Positions 37,753 through 41,741 of a stretch of 41,741 bases of DNA are shown here, in pieces. Source of the stretch: Gemmatimonadota bacterium (GTDB lineage: Bacteria > Gemmatimonadota > Gemmatimonadetes > JACCXV01 > JAHWKZ01); the NCBI GenBank assembly GCA_041577935.1, contig JBFGIA010000003.1, positions 1 through 41,741 on the forward strand, given 5' to 3'. Made by a program: the position numbers and the translations under genes. The notes beneath the pieces are model-generated. The model saw only the letters and a program-made list of their open reading frames with translations, had not been told where the DNA came from and made no database searches. Numbering within the stretch: position 1 is the stretch's first letter; every line of letters begins with the position of its first letter.

Positions 37753-38643
37753 ATGAACCAGCGCGAAACGGGAACGATCGAGGTTAAACGCGGTCTCGCC
37801 CAAATGCTCAAGGGCGGCGTCATCATGGACGTGACCACCGCCGAGATGGCAAAGATCGCCGAGCAGGCGGGTGCCGTCGCGGTGATGGCGCTCGAGCGTG
37901 TCCCGTCAGACATCCGCGCCGGCGGCGGCGTGGCCCGAATGGCACCGGTAACCAAGATCAAGGAGATCGTCGCCGGGGTGTCGATCCCGGTCATGGCCAA
38001 GTGCCGGATCGGTCATTTCGTCGAGGCCCAGATCGAGGAAGCGCTGGGCGTTGACTATCTCGACGAGTCCGAAGTGCTGACGCCGGCTGACGAGGCGCAC
38101 CACATCGACAAGCATGAGTTCACGATCCCGTTCGTATGCGGGGCCCGTGACTTGGGCGAGGCGTTGCGCCGAATCGGCGAAGGCGCGGCCATGATCCGCA
38201 CCAAGGGTGAACCGGGGACCGGCAACATCGTCGAGGCGGTGCGCCATCTGCGACTGATCCGGGCCCAGATCAGGGACCTCGCAACGCGTCCGACCGAGGA
38301 ACTGTTAGTGGCCGCCAAGGAGCTGCGCGCACCGCTCGATCTCGTTGAGGAGACCGCGCGCACCGAGCGGTTGCCGGTGGTCAACTTCGCCGCCGGCGGG
38401 GTCGCGACGCCGGCCGACGCGGCGCTCATGATGCAGCTCGGCGCCGATGGTGTGTTCGTGGGCTCGGGCATCTTCAAGTCCGAAAACCCTGCTGCGTACG
38501 CGCGTGCGATCGTGCTCGCGACGACCCACTACGACGATCCCGACATCCTGGCCCGCGTATCCGAGGAGCTGGGCACCGACGCGGCCATGGTGGGGCTCGA
38601 GCGGTTGACCGAAGAAGAGCTCATGCAGACCCGCTCGACTTGA
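37753..38643 (+). CDS. pdxS: Pyridoxal 5'-phosphate synthase lyase subunit
   Basis: [43 protein letters not shown]; AGGAGG SD. Confidence 0.98.
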   Translation: MNQRETGTIEVKRGLAQMLKGGVIMDVTTAEMAKIAEQAGAVAVMALERVPSDIRAGGGVARMAPVTKIKEIVAGVSIPVMAKCRIGHFVEAQIEEALGVDYLDESEVLTPADEAHHIDKHEFTIPFVCGARDLGEALRRIGEGAAMIRTKGEPGTGNIVEAVRHLRLIRAQIRDLATRPTEELLVAAKELRAPLDLVEETARTERLPVVNFAAGGVATPADAALMMQLGADGVFVGSGIFKSENPAAYARAIVLATTHYDDPDILARVSEELGTDAAMVGLERLTEEELMQTRST

Positions 38644-39236
38644 GCCGCCGCCCCGCGATCGGTGTGCTTGGCGTCCAGGGCGATGTCTCCGAGCACATAG
38701 CGGCGGTCGAGCGAGCCGGCGGCGCCGCGCGCAAGATCAAACACCCCGACGAATTGACCGACGTCGCCGGCCTGATTCTCCCGGGTGGCGAGTCGACGAC
38801 CCATCGTCGCTTGCTCGACTACGAGGATCTGCTGTCGGCGATCGCCGACCGGTACCGCGAGGGGATGGCGGTCTTTGGTACGTGCGCCGGGGCGATCCTG
38901 TTGGCGACCGAAGTCCGCGGCGCGCCCACACCCCACCTCTCGCTGGTCGATATCACCGTCAGGCGAAACGCGTTCGGTCGTCAGCGCGAATCGTTCGTCA
39001 CCAATCTCGATGTCGCTGGGTTGGACGGCGGGCCGCTACGGGCGGTGTTTATTCGCGCACCGATTATCGAGCGTGTGGGTCCGGGGATCGATGTATTGGC
39101 GACGGTCGACGAAGAGATCGTTCTCGCCGAGAGCGACCGCGCGCTCGTCGCCGCGTTCCACCCCGAGCTCACTGCCGATGATCGATTGCACAGGCGATTC
39201 CTGGGAAAAACCACCGCCAACGAGCTAGCGAGCTAA
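38640..39236 (+). CDS. pdxT: Pyridoxal 5'-phosphate synthase glutaminase subunit
   Basis: [38 protein letters not shown]; TTG start overlapping pdxS stop. Confidence 0.97.
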   Translation: MSRRPAIGVLGVQGDVSEHIAAVERAGGAARKIKHPDELTDVAGLILPGGESTTHRRLLDYEDLLSAIADRYREGMAVFGTCAGAILLATEVRGAPTPHLSLVDITVRRNAFGRQRESFVTNLDVAGLDGGPLRAVFIRAPIIERVGPGIDVLATVDEEIVLAESDRALVAAFHPELTADDRLHRRFLGKTTANELAS

Positions 39237-39318
39237 CATCCCCGCCTGAGGGGCCAAGCACCTACAGCGCGGGGGACTTATCCCCACAGACATCCTGCAG
39301 CTTGTCCGGTTACGATAA

Positions 39319-39575
39319 GGGCGAGTGGGTCGAACCGATTCCGGGCGCCCGGAACCCTCGCGGTCACCCTTCGAGACCACACATCAATAAAGCGACTCGA
39401 AGCGGCACCTCCCGGCAGGAATCGATGGCAGCACAGAACCTGGAGTACCCGGCCGGTCTGTCAGCCAATTACGACGCCGCGCTCGACGCAGCAGGTCCGG
39501 AGAATGTCGCGGCGTAGAACGTCGGCATGGTGGCCCGGCACGAGGTTGCGGCCGTCAAGCCCGCGGAACGCGCCC
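39319..39575. other. Unassigned structured intergenic segment (candidate ncRNA or gene remnant)
   Basis: Complementary ends GGGCG/CGCCC, perfect 16-bp palindrome at 39339-39354, long imperfect hairpin 39424-39556; no family recognised. Confidence 0.3.
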
Positions 39576-39629
39576 ACTATCGCTGATACAGACGCCGCTG
39601 TTCAATCGACGAGGTGCCCCACCGTGGGG

Positions 39630-40187
39630 ATGCGAATTATGCTGACTTACTTGCTCGCTTTGACGCTGCCAGTTGCAGCAACTGCGCTGCTATATGCCCG
39701 ATACGAGTATCGCAAGCGAGGCAAATTAACGTTTTTCGGGCTGGCGCTGCTTTGTGCGATGTTATTCGTCCCGAATCTGGTGATTGAATTCGCGACTACA
39801 TATGCGATGCCAAGCACATTGCTGGATGGCATGGGTGTCCTGGTTGGTATTGTCGGTATCGTCTTATGCCTGCGTGGCGTCATCGCGTTTCGCTCTCTGC
39901 CCAAGGTTCTCTGTTTAGATCCGGGCGAGCTTGCGGAGGCCGGGGCATACCGTTGGAGCAGGAACCCGCAATACGTCGGCTGGTTTCTTTTCCTACTGGG
40001 TTTCGCTCTCAATGACTGGTCGTTGTGGTGTCTTGGGGCGTTACTCGTTGTTCTGATCAGCCTGCACTTTCTTGTATTGATAGAAGAGGAGCATCTGCGC
40101 CGTATTTTTGGCGCACAATACGTCGAGTTTTGCCGTCGAACGCCACGCTATCTGGGTTGGGGGCCTTTGAGGTTGACGAGGTCATGA
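39630..40187 (+). CDS. Isoprenylcysteine carboxylmethyltransferase / PEMT-family membrane protein
   Basis: GAYRWSRNPQYVG and EEEHL...FG..Y..FC..TPRY motifs; visibly more AT-rich than neighbours; start 39630 or 39639. Confidence 0.85.
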   Translation: MRIMLTYLLALTLPVAATALLYARYEYRKRGKLTFFGLALLCAMLFVPNLVIEFATTYAMPSTLLDGMGVLVGIVGIVLCLRGVIAFRSLPKVLCLDPGELAEAGAYRWSRNPQYVGWFLFLLGFALNDWSLWCLGALLVVLISLHFLVLIEEEHLRRIFGAQYVEFCRRTPRYLGWGPLRLTRS

Positions 40188-40280
40188 ACGTTTTCTTCTA
40201 TGGTCTTTTCATGGATGAAGACCTGCTCGCCGGTCACCGTCGAATTCGCGGACGGAAGTAATGCCGAAGCCAGTTGCTAC
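40184..40280 (+). pseudogene. Internally deleted GGCT-family remnant
   Basis: MNVFFYGLFMDEDLL (GGCT-type N-terminus, ATGA-coupled to PEMT gene) joins out of frame to PVTVEFADGSNAEASCY, which resembles AVLVETKSGGWKPALTY of the intact gene at 27284. Confidence 0.65.
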
Positions 40281-40360
40281 AGGAGCAAAAAATTCGAACC
40301 CTTCAGCGTTCACCCCGCCCCTCGGAGCAAACCGGAGGGCGGATTCTCATCACTCAAGCG

Positions 40361-41407
40361 TCAACAGCTCTCGCCGGCGAGAAACCAGCACCGCGTCTGC
40401 GCGCTGGTCTTGAAGAACTCGAGCAACATCGCGCCGACCTTTTGCTCGCCCAAAGGTGACGGATGCGTGCCGTCGCCGACAAAGTCTTCGCGCACCCAGA
40501 TCAAACCGTCGGCGCGCGGGTTCTCGCCGTCAGCCCAGAGATACGGCCCCCACGCCAGCCACGGTGTGCCAAAATTGAGACTAAGGTCGCCGGCCTCGGC
40601 GTCGATGACTCCGGTTCGCGACTGCGTGATCTGGGCTTCGATGAGCCACTTGACCGCAAAGCCGGTCTCGAACGCGTACGGCTCGGGGTTGAGCGTCGTG
40701 GTGGCGTAGCCGGCGTATGTTCGGCTCGAGACAAGCACCTGTTGCAGGTTCGGGTAGTGGACCATGAGGGCGCGCACGATGTCGCCCAAGCTCGCTTCGA
40801 GCTGTAACGCATCCGCGTCAGCGGCTGGCAACGAAACGGTCGGCCGCGGGTTGGCTTGCTTGATCCACGCGATTTGAACTTGTGCCTCGGTCAACCCCAA
40901 CGGCGCCAATCGCTGGTCCCGAACGCGATCGTAGACCGGATCGTCGGGCGAGTCCCAATCGGTGGCCGGGTGACCGCCGACCGCACCGTCGACCAGCACG
41001 AGGTGCTCGTGATCGACCGCCGGGTCGGCCAGCGCCTGTCCGACGAAGCTCCACGGGGCGCAGTCGGTGACCCGCCCGCGGCAGAACTCGCGTGTCGTGT
41101 TCGACATGCCGACCGACAACAACGCGTACACGCCGTCCGGGCTGGGATCGCCGTTCTGGTCAAGTGGCTGGATCTGGGCCGCCCGATCCCTCCCCACCGC
41201 GGCGTGGTCACCGGGCACGGTGTTGGCGCCGCCCGGGTAGAGCCCACCGAGAAACCCCTCGTACGTCGCCGCCGTCAGCTCGGTGAGCGGCACGGCGACA
41301 TCGGCGTCGGGGAGATCGCCCGGGGAGGGCGCGTCCGTCACCTCAGGTGTCGTGACACCGTTGCACGCGATCGCGACGGCGATTCCGGTAAACAACTGTA
41401 AGCGCAT
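40361..41407 (-). CDS. Putative lipoprotein with SGNH-hydrolase-like motifs
   Basis: Lipobox AIAC; SVGMSNT (block I), GAVGG (II), KQAN (III), DGTHP (V); GGAGG SD. Confidence 0.7.
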   Translation of the reverse strand: MRLQLFTGIAVAIACNGVTTPEVTDAPSPGDLPDADVAVPLTELTAATYEGFLGGLYPGGANTVPGDHAAVGRDRAAQIQPLDQNGDPSPDGVYALLSVGMSNTTREFCRGRVTDCAPWSFVGQALADPAVDHEHLVLVDGAVGGHPATDWDSPDDPVYDRVRDQRLAPLGLTEAQVQIAWIKQANPRPTVSLPAADADALQLEASLGDIVRALMVHYPNLQQVLVSSRTYAGYATTTLNPEPYAFETGFAVKWLIEAQITQSRTGVIDAEAGDLSLNFGTPWLAWGPYLWADGENPRADGLIWVREDFVGDGTHPSPLGEQKVGAMLLEFFKTSAQTRCWFLAGESC

Positions 41408-41469
41408 CCCACCTCCGAAACGAAAAGGTCACGTCGTTCGTGGTTGGGACGCGCGTCAGCGGCTCGGCA

Positions 41470-41741
41470 TTAAGCGTCCTCGCGGATCAGGCTGGCGTGG
41501 ATCATGGCGCTCCACTGCGGCGCGGTAATAAAGATGTCGCCCCACCCGGGGTAATCATCGAACGTCTCCTCGGCCTGGATCGCCTCGAGGGTCTTGCCGG
41601 CCTCAACGTGGCCGCGGACGATCGCTGTCGTCTCGGTCAGCATGGTGTGGAAGCGACGCAAGTCTTCGATGTCGGCGACCGGTCCATGACCTGGAATGAT
41701 CCGAACGTTCTCCGGGATCCGATCGAGCACCGCGGCGACGT
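41470..41741 (-). CDS. MBL-fold metallo-hydrolase, C-terminal part (start beyond window)
   Basis: IIPGHGP motif followed by helical GKTLEAIQ tail typical of MBL-fold hydrolases. Confidence 0.75.
   Translation of the reverse strand, partial: VAAVLDRIPENVRIIPGHGPVADIEDLRRFHTMLTETTAIVRGHVEAGKTLEAIQAEETFDDYPGWGDIFITAPQWSAMIHASLIREDA

Noticed and set aside
39278-39286. DnaA box / oriC (TTATCCCCA)
   Set aside because: Single mismatched box, no cluster, no AT-rich unwinding element or dnaA nearby.
39485-39515. SRP RNA (GCAGGTCCGGA resembles helix 8)
   Set aside because: The required continuation GGAAGGAAGCAG is absent.
39319-39580. tmRNA (short ORF ending in VAA, paired ends)
   Set aside because: No GGGG 5' end, no TTCRA T-loop with TCCACCA 3' end, and shorter than typical tmRNA.
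40314-40342. Intrinsic terminator after the SGNH-like gene (CCGCCCCTCGG/CCGGAGGGCGG hairpin)
   Set aside because: Hairpin is present but has no adjacent U-tract on either strand, so it was not called.
39580-40360. Integron cassette array around the PEMT/GGCT genes
   Set aside because: No RYYYAAC...GTTRRRY attC pair or integrase could be identified.

Overview
GC-rich bacterial chromosome segment; gene order and protein style suggest Gemmatimonadota, but this is an unverified inference. Bases 1-21.8 kb are a mostly minus-strand housekeeping run: yebC-ruvCAB, DUF2905-queA, a beta-CASP nuclease, tgt-yajC-def-fmt, thiE-like/thiS/thiG, rsmB, a PASTA protein, rpe, an NhaC-family transporter, and ffh-rpsP-rimM-trmD. 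Between ruvB and queA sit an adenylate cyclase-STAND ATPase-TPR gene and an arsR-acr3 cassette. Bases 21.8-27.7 kb are accessory-looking. A secreted CPFECC-motif protein is flanked by two inverted copies of a ~115-120 bp structured repeat with compensatory base changes, and a third half-copy lies at 27.1 kb. An orphan GcvT-like gene is coupled to two paralogous phytoene-dehydrogenase-like flavoproteins, followed by a GGCT-family gene. The right part holds a TPR/redoxin lipoprotein-OPT-EF-G2 operon, an alpha/beta hydrolase, a Met/acid-rich 11-mer-repeat lipoprotein, acs, a GT9 glycosyltransferase and pdxST. It ends with an unexplained structured intergenic region, a PEMT-family gene, an internally deleted GGCT remnant, an SGNH-like lipoprotein and a partial MBL hydrolase. 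Several genes look leaderless (TAnnnT 6-8 nt before the start, no SD). No tRNA, rRNA, CRISPR array, integrase or transposase was seen.
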